Shown piece after piece: positions 21,019-30,208 of a stretch of DNA of 61,691 bases. Source of the DNA: Candidatus Omnitrophota bacterium (lineage in GTDB: Bacteria; Omnitrophota; Gorgyraeia; VGKH01); contig JBDRFF010000015.1 of assembly GCA_043819095.1 (NCBI GenBank), positions 1 to 61,691 on the forward strand, in the 5' to 3' direction. A program made the translations under genes and the position numbers. The notes under the pieces are model-generated. The model did no database searches. It saw only the letters and a program-made list of their open reading frames with translations, and was not told where the DNA came from. Numbering within the stretch: position 1 is the stretch's first letter; every line of letters starts with the position of its first letter.

Positions 21019-22575
21019 TCAGTGACGAGACAGCCTCTGCAAGATTTGTTGCAACCTATCAACACTATCCCAGTTGCCTTGTTTTTTATTGAGCTCCAAA
21101 GATTTCTTAATATTTCTTTTTGCTTCAGCGTTTCTACCTAAACCAAAATAACTTATTGCAAGATTTTCATATGCTTGAGTATTATCAGGTCCTAACTTGA
21201 TAGCCTTTTGTATATATGGAATAGCTGTTTTGTATTGTTTAAATTTATTATATACACCTCCCAAATTATTATATGCTCCAAAATGAGCAGGGTCAACAGC
21301 AATGGCCTTCTGATAATAATCCATTGCTCGTTGATATTGTTCTAGATTATGGTAAGCAAAACCAAGGTTGTAAATAACATCAGCATCATTAGGATCTAAC
21401 TCTAAAGCTTTTTGATAATACGGTATAGCCTCCTGATAGTAGCCAGAATGAGAATAAACATTGCCAGTATTCATAAGTACCCCATGATCATTAGGAGCTA
21501 ACTCATAAGCCTTGTTAATATATTCCATAGCATTCTGATTTTGACCAAATATGGCGAAAATAGGGGTTAAATTGCTATACAGCCCGGCTCTTAGGGCATA
21601 TCCCTCATATATGACACATTCTCGAAACAAATCATCTCTTCTTATGTCTTTGGCTAATTCAAATTTATTATTTGCTCTGGCGCGATAGATTAAATCCAAC
21701 ATAAAAGGCCTACTGGTATATTCATTGACAAAATCAATAAACATACACTGTTTATCTTTCATCCTGATTAAACAGAGATTATGTCTTAACTTCTCTAGCC
21801 GTTTTGAAGCTCCTAAAGGATCGAAAACCCAACCCTTCTGCGATTTTGCAAATCTTTCTAATGGGGCAATGTCATCTGTATATACTCCCAGGATATCTAT
21901 TCCCTTTGCTTTATGAATGATATATCCTAGAAAAGAAAAATAATTACACAGAAAAGAGATATGAACAAAATATCTTTGTTCATCTGATAAGTTATCTATT
22001 CCAAAGAAACGTGCCTTTAAAAATTCAGCTGCTTGCTCATCAACTAGCAAAGCATACAGTTTAAAATGTTCCGGATGGGGTCTCAATTTTGCATCAAGAA
22101 CGCTATCGCGGATAATGCCTTTATTTCTTTCGATGTCCTGAATAAGCTTTTTAGAATCGTTTATATCTCTATATTTAAATTTCTTATAAATTGGCAATAT
22201 AAATTCGGCGATCTGAACTGATTTCTCCGGATTATACCCCAAGTCGCAGGCTACATTGTATAACCTATCCAAAGATTTATTGGAAGGTGTATGCAATTCT
22301 CTCGTAGAGTATTTTTCTTTAGAAGAAGATAAATCCTTCTGTTGAACAAAGGGAGCCGTAGGTTCATGTACCACAACTTTACCGCCAATACTCTCTATTT
22401 CATTCAAAAAATATGTAATAGGCATACCAACGCCAATGTCCATCTTGATATACTCTTGAGTCTTTTCTAAGATACTACCTTCATATTGTTTACCAGATTT
22501 AAGAATTACGGTCTCGGCGGACGCAATGTCGCCTGATACTACTACAAAAATTACTAAACAGATTATTTTTTTCAT
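21019..22575 (-). CDS. secreted TPR-repeat protein
   Basis: Signal peptide MKKIICLVIFVVVSGDIASA. C-terminal TPR repeats (AIPYYQKALELDPNDADVIYNLGFAY..., AMDYYQKAIAVDPAHFGAYNNLG...). Confidence 0.7.
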   Translation of the reverse strand: MKKIICLVIFVVVSGDIASAETVILKSGKQYEGSILEKTQEYIKMDIGVGMPITYFLNEIESIGGKVVVHEPTAPFVQQKDLSSSKEKYSTRELHTPSNKSLDRLYNVACDLGYNPEKSVQIAEFILPIYKKFKYRDINDSKKLIQDIERNKGIIRDSVLDAKLRPHPEHFKLYALLVDEQAAEFLKARFFGIDNLSDEQRYFVHISFLCNYFSFLGYIIHKAKGIDILGVYTDDIAPLERFAKSQKGWVFDPLGASKRLEKLRHNLCLIRMKDKQCMFIDFVNEYTSRPFMLDLIYRARANNKFELAKDIRRDDLFRECVIYEGYALRAGLYSNLTPIFAIFGQNQNAMEYINKAYELAPNDHGVLMNTGNVYSHSGYYQEAIPYYQKALELDPNDADVIYNLGFAYHNLEQYQRAMDYYQKAIAVDPAHFGAYNNLGGVYNKFKQYKTAIPYIQKAIKLGPDNTQAYENLAISYFGLGRNAEAKRNIKKSLELNKKQGNWDSVDRLQQILQRLSRH

Positions 22576-22658
22576 TAAAAACCTACCTAAACCAAAAAAT
22601 AACCCCCATTTTGAGAGTTGCCTTTAAATCTGGCTTTTAACCTACCATTACTTTTAGC

Positions 22659-24218
22659 TTAATGTATGAAATGCCTCATGCCGGTAAAGACCATGGCAAT
22701 TTTTGCTTTATCAGCCGCCTTGATGATTTTTTCATCCGCTACTGATCCTCCCGGCTGGATTATTGCCTTGATCTTTGCCTTGGCAATCTGGGCGATGGCA
22801 TCTTCTTTGGGAAAGAATGCATCCGATGCTAACACCGCGCCTTTGTGTCTTCCTTTGGATTTTCTTACAGAGATTATTACGCTATCGACCCTGCTCATTT
22901 GCCCGGCGCCAACACCGACTATTTTTGTTCCTTTAGCTAAAACTATTGAATTGGATTTAACATTTTTTGCAACTTTCCAGGCAAAAAGGAGGCTGTCTAA
23001 CTGGCTTTTCGTAGGTTTGACTCTTGTAACGACTTTTAGGTCTTTTTTATCGACCATCTTTTCATCTTTATCCTGGACTAGAAGGCCGCCGCTTACTTTG
23101 CGCAGATCTAATTCTTTCTCTACCGCGTCCAAATCGATCTCAATGAGCCGAACATTTTTCTTCTGCTTTAAAATATTTAATGCTTCAGCAGAGAATTTCG
23201 GCGCGATAACACATTCTACGAATCCTGCTTTGGAAATCGCATCTGCTGTCTTTGCGTCGACATCGCGGTTTAATCCTACGATGCTGCCGAAAGCAGATAA
23301 GGAATCGCCGTCCCAGGCATCTTTAAAGGCCTGAGTTAATATTTTGGCTTCTGCGCAACCACAAGGATTTGTATGCTTGATCACAACTACTGCAGGATTT
23401 TTAAATTCTCTGACAATATTTAAGGCAGCATTTAAATCCAAAATATTATTAAAGGAGAGCTCTTTTCCATGCAGTTGTTTTACTTTTGGCAGGCCTGTTG
23501 AAGATTTTATATCTTTATAAAATGCAGCCTGCTGATGCGGATTCTCGCCGTAACGAAGGTCTTGAACTTTTGTAAAACTTAAATTAAATTGTTTTGGCAA
23601 TGTTTCAGTTATCGCTTCTGCGGTTTTTAAACGGCTATTAAGAAAACTGAAAATTACGCTATCATAATGCGAGGTACGCTGGAAAACCTCAACTGCAAGA
23701 TCTCTTAAAAGGGAGTCAGAAAGCATTCCATTATTAGTCTTTAATTCCTTAATTACCTCTTTATATTTTGCGGGATTGCAGATTACTGCTACGCTTCGAT
23801 AATTTTTTGCTGCTGAGCGAAGCATCGATGGCCCGCCGATATCGATATTCTCAATCGCTTCTGCCAAAGCAACATTTTTCTTCTGAGTCGTCTTCTCAAA
23901 AGGATATAAATTTATTACGACCATATCGATAGGTTGAATTCCGTGCTTTTTTATCTGCTCCATATGCTCTGGATTGTCTCTTACGGCCAAGAGCCCGCCG
24001 TGAATCTTAGGATGTAAAGTCTTTACTCTTCCGTCGAGCATCTCAGGAAAACCAGTGTAATCGCTGACGTCTTTAACGGGAATATTAGAGTTTCTTATTA
24101 ATTTGGCTGTGCCGCCAGTTGAAAGTATCTCAACGCCGAGTTTGGAAATCTCCTTTGCGAATTCAACTATTCCTGATTTATCCGATACGCTTATCAATGC
24201 TCGCTTAACCTTGATCAT
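22659..24218 (-). CDS. purH: bifunctional AICAR transformylase / IMP cyclohydrolase
   Basis: 519 aa. MGS-like N-domain ALISVSDKSG...GGTAKL and a conserved C-terminal AICARFT domain. Confidence 0.95.
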   Translation of the reverse strand: MIKVKRALISVSDKSGIVEFAKEISKLGVEILSTGGTAKLIRNSNIPVKDVSDYTGFPEMLDGRVKTLHPKIHGGLLAVRDNPEHMEQIKKHGIQPIDMVVINLYPFEKTTQKKNVALAEAIENIDIGGPSMLRSAAKNYRSVAVICNPAKYKEVIKELKTNNGMLSDSLLRDLAVEVFQRTSHYDSVIFSFLNSRLKTAEAITETLPKQFNLSFTKVQDLRYGENPHQQAAFYKDIKSSTGLPKVKQLHGKELSFNNILDLNAALNIVREFKNPAVVVIKHTNPCGCAEAKILTQAFKDAWDGDSLSAFGSIVGLNRDVDAKTADAISKAGFVECVIAPKFSAEALNILKQKKNVRLIEIDLDAVEKELDLRKVSGGLLVQDKDEKMVDKKDLKVVTRVKPTKSQLDSLLFAWKVAKNVKSNSIVLAKGTKIVGVGAGQMSRVDSVIISVRKSKGRHKGAVLASDAFFPKEDAIAQIAKAKIKAIIQPGGSVADEKIIKAADKAKIAMVFTGMRHFIH

Positions 24219-24235
24219 AACAGAAGCTCCTTTCT

Positions 24236-24418
24236 AATGAGTAGACAATTTACGGAAGTGAAAACGACGTAAATTGTAGGTCGAAGACCGTCTGCGAATT
24301 TGACCCCCCACCACTTTTCTTCATTTGTACAATATGCAAAAAGTGGTGGGGGGTGTATTCAGCCAGCGACTTATGTTCCTCCGACGATACGTCGGAGTCC
24401 ATAAGTCGCGGCTTCATT
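24236..24418 (-). repeat. family 1 element, copy B (183 bp)
   Basis: acaatttacg/cgtaaattgt; ccccccaccactttt/aaaagtggtgggggg with a 20-nt loop; gcgacttatg/cataagtcgc. Lies between the stop of the YchF-like gene and the purH SD. Confidence 0.85.
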
Positions 24419-25118
24419 ACACATTAAACCTAAATTTAATCAAATCCCCGTCTTCTACCACGTATTCTTTGTCTTCCAGGTGCATCAGACCTTGAGATTT
24501 TGCCTGATTTAATCCACCGTGTTTTATTATGTCTTCATAGCCGACAATTTCTGCCTTAATAAATCCTCTCTGGATATCTGAATGGATACAGCCTGCGGCA
24601 TCAAGAGCTGTTGTGCCTTTTTTTGTCGACCAGGCTCTAAGCTCTTTCTCGTTAGATGTAAAAAATGATATATATCCGGATAATTCGTAAATATTTTTAA
24701 TTATCTCATTGTGAGAATTTGCTTTATCTTGAGGAACGAGTGAAACCGGCTTTAAACTCGGCAGTCCTAAATTCGATAAAATTAATTTTTCCTCGTCAGT
24801 GAAATTTAATTCATTTAATAATGTTTCTTTCTCTAATTCTGCCTGGCAACGGGAAAGCAATTGTTTTTCTTTCTCATCGGAAGATTGATTGAGCCTTTTT
24901 TCAATAAAATCTAAATCACTTATGATTAAATCAGTTTTTTTATCTTCTAAACAGATTATTGCGTCGGATTCTTGTAGTTTAGAATCGTCAAAAAAATCTA
25001 TAGATATATAAACTATTTTGGGAGAATGAAGTAGTTCTTTTAACTTCTCTAGGCGTTCGTCGGAAAAAACCTTTTTTCCGAGGGGAAATTCCGGGATACC
25101 TAAAACTGCGACTTTCAC
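24417..25118 (-). CDS. YchF C-terminal (DUF933/TGS-like) domain protein without a recognisable P-loop
   Basis: C-terminus AAGCIHSDIQRGFIKAEIV...DGDLIKFRFNV matches the YchF C-domain. The N-terminus MKVAVLGIPEFPLGKK lacks GxxxxGKS. Confidence 0.55.
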   Translation of the reverse strand: MKVAVLGIPEFPLGKKVFSDERLEKLKELLHSPKIVYISIDFFDDSKLQESDAIICLEDKKTDLIISDLDFIEKRLNQSSDEKEKQLLSRCQAELEKETLLNELNFTDEEKLILSNLGLPSLKPVSLVPQDKANSHNEIIKNIYELSGYISFFTSNEKELRAWSTKKGTTALDAAGCIHSDIQRGFIKAEIVGYEDIIKHGGLNQAKSQGLMHLEDKEYVVEDGDLIKFRFNV

Positions 25119-25124
25119 GTTAAT

Positions 25125-27080
25125 CTATTCTTTTTCTTCTTTTTTCGCCTGCGCCTGTGCGATGATAGTAGCGGCGACTTTTTGTGGAACATGTTCGTAG
25201 GAAGAAAACTTCATGGCATAACTGCCTCTTCCGCCTGTGATGGAACGTAGGTCTGAAGCGTATGTAAACATCTCAGATAAAGGAACATGTGCTTGAACAA
25301 CTTGGGTTTTGCCTTTTGCATCCATGCCCATAATTCTTCCTCGGCGGGAATTTAAATCGCCGGTGATCTGTCCCATATACTCCTCGGGGACATAAACTTC
25401 AACTTCCATAATTGGCTCTAACAACACAAGGCCTGCTGCCTGCGTTGCTTTCCTTAATGCCATTGCACCTGCAATCTGAAAGGCCATATCAGAAGAGTCA
25501 ACCGGATGATATGATCCATCATATAATGTGACTTTTACATCAACTAAGGGGCTACCCGAGATACCGCCTTCGGACATTGCCTGTTTTACGCCTTTTTCTA
25601 CTGAAGGGACATAATTGCGAGGAATAGCGCCTCCGAATATATCATTCACAAATTCGAAATCTCCTCCGCTGGGCAAAGGTTCGATCTTAATCCATACATC
25701 ACCATACTGACCTCTTCCGCCAGATTGCTTCTTATATTTTCCCTGCATCTCTACGGTTTTAGTAATCGTCTCTTTATAGGCAACTTTTGGTGTTCCTAAA
25801 TCTACATCTACATTAAAACGTTTTTTTAGTCTTCCTACCATTACGCCCAAATGCAAATCTCCCACGCCAGAGATTATTAACTCTTTAGTCTGACGGTCTC
25901 TTGAAACTTTAAACGTAGGGTCTTCAATGACTAATTTAGAAAGGCTTTGCGAGATTTTTTCCTCATCCTGCTTTGATTTTGGTTTTACAGAAGATGATAT
26001 AGCTGGTTCGGGAAATTTCATTGGGACTAATGTAATAAGGTTGTCTGCTTCGCCTAATGTATCGGATGTCGCCGTATCCTTCAATTTAGCTATAGCGATG
26101 ATATCGCCGCAATCGGCTGATTCGATTGCGCGCTGATCTTTTCCGTGCAACATATATATCTGACCGATTCTTTCTCTCGCGCCTTTAGTCACATTATAGA
26201 ATGATGTATTTGAAGCTAGTTTCCCGGAAAATATTCTCAAGATAGTAAGTTGTCCTACATATGGATCTGATATTGTCTTAAACACAAATGCGCAAAAGTT
26301 AGAATCTTGGGCGATGGATACGATTTTTTCTTCGTTGGTTTTTGTATCCGTGGCTTTTAAAGGCACCCGCTCCAAAGGAGAAGGAAAATAATCTAAGACC
26401 ACCTGTACTAATTCCTGGATTCCTTTATCCGTTAATGCCGAGCCTTTAATTACCGGGTATACCTTGCCTTCAATTACTGCCTTTCTTAATGCAGGCAAAA
26501 CTTCTTCTTTTGAAAGCGAACCGGCATCTAGGTATTTTTCCAACAATTTATCGTCGGTCTCGGCAACAGCTTCGACTAATTCGGAAGAGTCTATTGATTC
26601 AATTGATACTGCCTTTTTAGAAAAGCGTTCTTTGAATTCAGCAATTATACCGTCGGGATTCGCCCCTTCTTTCTCGATCTTGTTAAGAAATATGATTCTC
26701 GGGAGCTGCGATTCGTCTATAATCTCCCAGGCCTTCTCTGTGCCAACTTCGATACCAGCGACGGCGTCAATCAAAAGAATAGCTGCGTCAACCGCGCGAG
26801 TGCCTGAAACAACCTCGCCGATAAAATCCGCGTATCCCGGTGAATCGATAATCTGGATCTGATAATTATTATGCTTAAAAGTAAGTACGCTTGAATTTAT
26901 AGAAACTTTTCGTTCTATCTCATCAAAACTGTAGTCGCTTGTAGTATTGCCTTCGGCAACACTGGCTTTACGTAAGCTTGCCTTGCAGAAATGCAGAATA
27001 CTTTCCGATAAAGTCGTCTTGCCCGATTGGGCGTGCCCGGCTAAAATAAAATTTCGTTTTAGTTTTGCTTCCACATCCAT
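25125..27080 (-). CDS. elongation factor G-like GTPase
   Basis: 651 aa. G1 AGHAQSGKTT, G3 DSPGYADF, G4 NKIE (Glu in place of Asp), EF-G domains II-V. Confidence 0.8.
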   Translation of the reverse strand: MDVEAKLKRNFILAGHAQSGKTTLSESILHFCKASLRKASVAEGNTTSDYSFDEIERKVSINSSVLTFKHNNYQIQIIDSPGYADFIGEVVSGTRAVDAAILLIDAVAGIEVGTEKAWEIIDESQLPRIIFLNKIEKEGANPDGIIAEFKERFSKKAVSIESIDSSELVEAVAETDDKLLEKYLDAGSLSKEEVLPALRKAVIEGKVYPVIKGSALTDKGIQELVQVVLDYFPSPLERVPLKATDTKTNEEKIVSIAQDSNFCAFVFKTISDPYVGQLTILRIFSGKLASNTSFYNVTKGARERIGQIYMLHGKDQRAIESADCGDIIAIAKLKDTATSDTLGEADNLITLVPMKFPEPAISSSVKPKSKQDEEKISQSLSKLVIEDPTFKVSRDRQTKELIISGVGDLHLGVMVGRLKKRFNVDVDLGTPKVAYKETITKTVEMQGKYKKQSGGRGQYGDVWIKIEPLPSGGDFEFVNDIFGGAIPRNYVPSVEKGVKQAMSEGGISGSPLVDVKVTLYDGSYHPVDSSDMAFQIAGAMALRKATQAAGLVLLEPIMEVEVYVPEEYMGQITGDLNSRRGRIMGMDAKGKTQVVQAHVPLSEMFTYASDLRSITGGRGSYAMKFSSYEHVPQKVAATIIAQAQAKKEEKE

Positions 27081-27131
27081 AATCCTTTCTAAAGAAAAGA
27101 TAAAGTTATTATATGGAAAAAAGACCCCAAC

Positions 27132-27274
27132 GTCAACACATTCGTATATTTGTTCCTATAAGATTAGATATGCTCACCTCGTGCCGAGCACCCTCTATAC
27201 CTAGCACTCGGTGCGAGGCAGTGTTGACACTGAGGAGCCTTGACATCTTGGATGTCAAGGCCCGAATGTATCAA
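27132..27274 (-). repeat. structured intergenic element, family 2, copy 1 (143 bp)
   Basis: Shares gtcaacacattcgtata ... cagtgttgacactgag ... hairpin ... cgaatgtatcaa with 44937..45050. Confidence 0.65.
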
Positions 27275-27372
27275 GAAAATCTAAAAAACACTTTTCCCTA
27301 AATAAGTTAGATTAACGGAGAGTAAATTAGAGGAAACTATCGAATAAGATGAGATTTACAGCAAAAAATAAA

Positions 27373-27573
27373 CTAAGCTAACTTTATGCTCGTGGCTTGC
27401 GGACCTTTAGGTGAATCCTGCGCTTCAAATTCTACGTCCTGGCCTTCCTGTAAAGACGCAATACCGCCGGCATCCAAGACTGTCTTATGAATGAAGACGT
27501 CTTTGCCGTCTTCTCCGGTAATAAAACCGAAGTTCTTTTTGTCGCTATACCACTTAACCTTGCCTTTTGTCAC
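27373..27573 (-). CDS. cold-shock protein (CspA family)
   Basis: 66 aa. GKVKWYSDKKNFGFI and DVFIH RNP motifs. Confidence 0.9.
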   Translation of the reverse strand: MTKGKVKWYSDKKNFGFITGEDGKDVFIHKTVLDAGGIASLQEGQDVEFEAQDSPKGPQATSIKLA

Positions 27574-27601
27574 ACTTCCTCCTTGTTATCGAGGTTACTA
27601 T

Positions 27602-27916
27602 CTAAATCTCAGCCTGCTTAATTAATTTCTTATAATAATCTATGCATTCCTGACAGGTTTCCTTAGCCTTTTGCCACTGGGGGTGGTCTTTTTTAATCAA
27701 ATTCATAATGTATTCTTCGGCCTTTACGTGGGAAAGGGCAGCAGCTTCATCTATATACCTGTCGCATATCTGGCATTTATATTTCTTAGGATTCTTGGTA
27801 ACGCATTTGTTGCATATATCCTGATTCTCGTCCGAAGGCTTAGCCCTAAACAAGATATTGGCAATTTTGCTTAACGGGCCTTCCAGCGGAACTTTACAGA
27901 TCTTACACTTGCGCAT
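27602..27916 (-). CDS. Cys-rich zinc-ribbon protein, function unknown
   Basis: 104 aa with four CxxC pairs (CKIC, CNKC, CQIC, CQEC). Confidence 0.5.
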   Translation of the reverse strand: MRKCKICKVPLEGPLSKIANILFRAKPSDENQDICNKCVTKNPKKYKCQICDRYIDEAAALSHVKAEEYIMNLIKKDHPQWQKAKETCQECIDYYKKLIKQAEI

Positions 27917-27981
27917 TTATCCTCCTTAATATTACAAGATTTAATTCAATAGACACGCTTATAAGGAATGAATAAATAAAT

Positions 27982-29151
27982 TTATTCTAGGTAGGTATAA
28001 ATTTTACCGCGGTAATTTCTTAATGTATACCTTCCTTTTGCTTGAGAAATTACATAACTTGGCCCGACGGGAATCTTGCCTCCGCCTCCGGGGGCATCAA
28101 TAACATATGTCGGCACCGCATATCCTGAGGTATGGCCGCGCAATTTCTCAATAATATTTATTCCTACCGCTATTGGCGTACGGAAATGACTCGTGCCTTT
28201 TGCCGGATCGCATTGATAAATATAATATGGCCTCACACGCACCTTGAGTAAGTCATGCACCAATTTCTTCATAACGTAAGGTCGATCATTTACTCCTTTA
28301 AGAAGCACTGTCTGGCTGCCTAAAGGCATACCAGCATCAGCCAACATATCCAGTGCGATCTTAGAACGCTTGGTTATTTCTTTGGGATGATTGACATGCA
28401 AGCTTATCCAAATTGGAGCGTATTTCTTAAGCATATCCACTAATTCAGGAGTGATCCTTTGAGGCAGACTTATTGGTAGCCGCGTTCCAATACGCAAAAA
28501 CTCTACGTGACCAATCGCGCGGATCTTCATTATTACGTCTTCCAAGGCCTCATCCTCCAGCATTAAAGGATCTCCGCCGGATATAAGTACATCCCTTACC
28601 CTGCGGTTTGATTTAATATAATCAATGGCTTTATCTAATTTTGACTGAGGAAGTGTTGCTTGTTTCTTCTCGCCAACTAAACGACGGCGCGTACAATGAC
28701 GGCAATACATAGCGCATTGTTCTGTAATTAAAAGCAAAACTCTATCGGGATAGCGATGCACCAAGCCATGAACAGGAGAATCTCTGTCTTCGGCGCAGGG
28801 ATCGACCATCTCGTGCGCAGATTCAATAAATTCGTCTTTTAAAGGCACGGCCTGGCGCCTTATGGGACAGTTCTGGTCTTTTGAATCCATAAGTGACGCC
28901 CAGTAAGGAGTAATGGCCATGGATAGGCGGCCATTACATTTCTTAATACCGTCTTCTTCCTCGGAAGTCAGCTTGATTATCTTAGACAAATCATCTTTGT
29001 TCCTGATGCGGTTTTTGACCTGCCAGTGCCAATCCTCCCATTGCTCTAAAGGGATATCTTTCCAAAGAGAAATCTGCTGATATTCAAGAAAACTTTTTCT
29101 TTGGGGAACAACTAATTGAATCTCTTGGACTGCAACTGTTGATTCGCTCAA
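27982..29151 (-). CDS. kamA: lysine 2,3-aminomutase family radical SAM enzyme
   Basis: CAMYCRHCTRRR cluster motif, SGGDPL, 389 aa. Confidence 0.85.
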   Translation of the reverse strand: MSESTVAVQEIQLVVPQRKSFLEYQQISLWKDIPLEQWEDWHWQVKNRIRNKDDLSKIIKLTSEEEDGIKKCNGRLSMAITPYWASLMDSKDQNCPIRRQAVPLKDEFIESAHEMVDPCAEDRDSPVHGLVHRYPDRVLLLITEQCAMYCRHCTRRRLVGEKKQATLPQSKLDKAIDYIKSNRRVRDVLISGGDPLMLEDEALEDVIMKIRAIGHVEFLRIGTRLPISLPQRITPELVDMLKKYAPIWISLHVNHPKEITKRSKIALDMLADAGMPLGSQTVLLKGVNDRPYVMKKLVHDLLKVRVRPYYIYQCDPAKGTSHFRTPIAVGINIIEKLRGHTSGYAVPTYVIDAPGGGGKIPVGPSYVISQAKGRYTLRNYRGKIYTYLE

Positions 29152-29164
29152 AGTTTAGCCTCCT

Positions 29165-30160
29165 TTAATTTAACCCCTGCCGTTTTAGCGCTGCCATGAT
29201 TATTTTATCTAGCATCTGAGGAAAAGTAATTTTCATCTCTTTGGCTGTTGTCATAAAAATATCTTCGACTGATAATGACGGCAACGGATTAATCTCCAAA
29301 ACGTATGGATTATCTTTTGAGTCAACTCTAAAATCGACTCTTCCGAAATCTTTGCATTCTACGGCTTGATAAGCTTTTAATGCATAATCTTCGATTTTTT
29401 TATAAAGTCTTTTTGATATCTTCGGCGGACAAACGTACTCTAATTTATCTGATTGTATCCGCGCAAATGTATAAAACATATCCTGTAAATCAAGTTTCCC
29501 TTCGATTTGGACTTGTACTATCGGTAAGACTTCGGGTTTTTCATTACCGATTATCCCGACAGTAAATTCAGTTCCACGAATAAATTCTTCAACCAACGCG
29601 GGTTGATTATAGTTATTCACTACGAAACCAACGCGCTTTTTTAATTCATTCATATTTACTACTCGGGCGCCTTCATCTAAGCCTTTAGAGGATCCTTCGT
29701 TTCTCGGCTTTACCATCAAAGGAAACTTTAAATGATCCATATTAGTTGCGATTGACTTCACGTCTTTAAATTCTACAAATCGCGGCGTAGGGACCCCTTG
29801 GGAAATAAGGATTTTTTTTGCCATTATTTTATCTAGGGTGAGGCTAAGCGTAAGCGCATCCGAACCCACATAGGGGATTTCTTTCATCTCCAAAAGAATC
29901 GGCACCTGCGATTCGCGATTCCTTCCGACTAACCCTTCAGCCAGGTTAAAAACTATATCGACTTCAAGATTATCAATATTTTCTAGAAGATTTTTCGCGC
30001 TTCCGATTCTTACGACTTTATATCCAAGTTCTTCCAAAGAAGAAACTATAATATCTATTGCTTCTTTCTGGTCAAACTCGGCATATACATCCTTAGGCTG
30101 ACCTTCCTGCGCCTGATAATCTTCTTTCACATCATAGGTTAAGCCGATGGTTTTCTGCAT
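29165..30160 (-). CDS. D-alanine--D-alanine ligase-family ATP-grasp enzyme
   Basis: 331 aa. ATP-grasp signature EEFIRGTEFTVGIIGN and DFRVD...PYVLEINPLPS. Confidence 0.7.
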   Translation of the reverse strand: MQKTIGLTYDVKEDYQAQEGQPKDVYAEFDQKEAIDIIVSSLEELGYKVVRIGSAKNLLENIDNLEVDIVFNLAEGLVGRNRESQVPILLEMKEIPYVGSDALTLSLTLDKIMAKKILISQGVPTPRFVEFKDVKSIATNMDHLKFPLMVKPRNEGSSKGLDEGARVVNMNELKKRVGFVVNNYNQPALVEEFIRGTEFTVGIIGNEKPEVLPIVQVQIEGKLDLQDMFYTFARIQSDKLEYVCPPKISKRLYKKIEDYALKAYQAVECKDFGRVDFRVDSKDNPYVLEINPLPSLSVEDIFMTTAKEMKITFPQMLDKIIMAALKRQGLN

Positions 30161-30171
30161 AAATATCCTTC

Positions 30172-30208
30172 AGAAAAGAAAAAAGGGCCTCCGATTTTTG
30201 GAGTCCCT
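30172..30208 (-). terminator. intrinsic terminator downstream of rex
   Basis: Minus strand reads agggactcc-aaaaatc-ggaggccct followed by ttttttcttttc. Confidence 0.45.

Noticed and set aside
22666-23334. 222-aa plus-strand ORF
   Set aside because: It is entirely antisense to the strongly conserved purH. The translation is low-complexity and hydrophobic with no motif. This is a typical shadow ORF.
24250-24417. 55-codon ORF spanning repeat copy B as a real gene
   Set aside because: The reading frame is not preserved in copies A, C, D or E (stops after 7-22 codons). Conservation is at the nucleotide and structure level, not the protein level.
27224-27236. TTGACA within the family-2 central palindrome as a plus-strand -35 box
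   Set aside because: No plus-strand gene lies downstream, and there is no matching -10 at proper spacing. The hexamer is part of a palindrome conserved for pairing.
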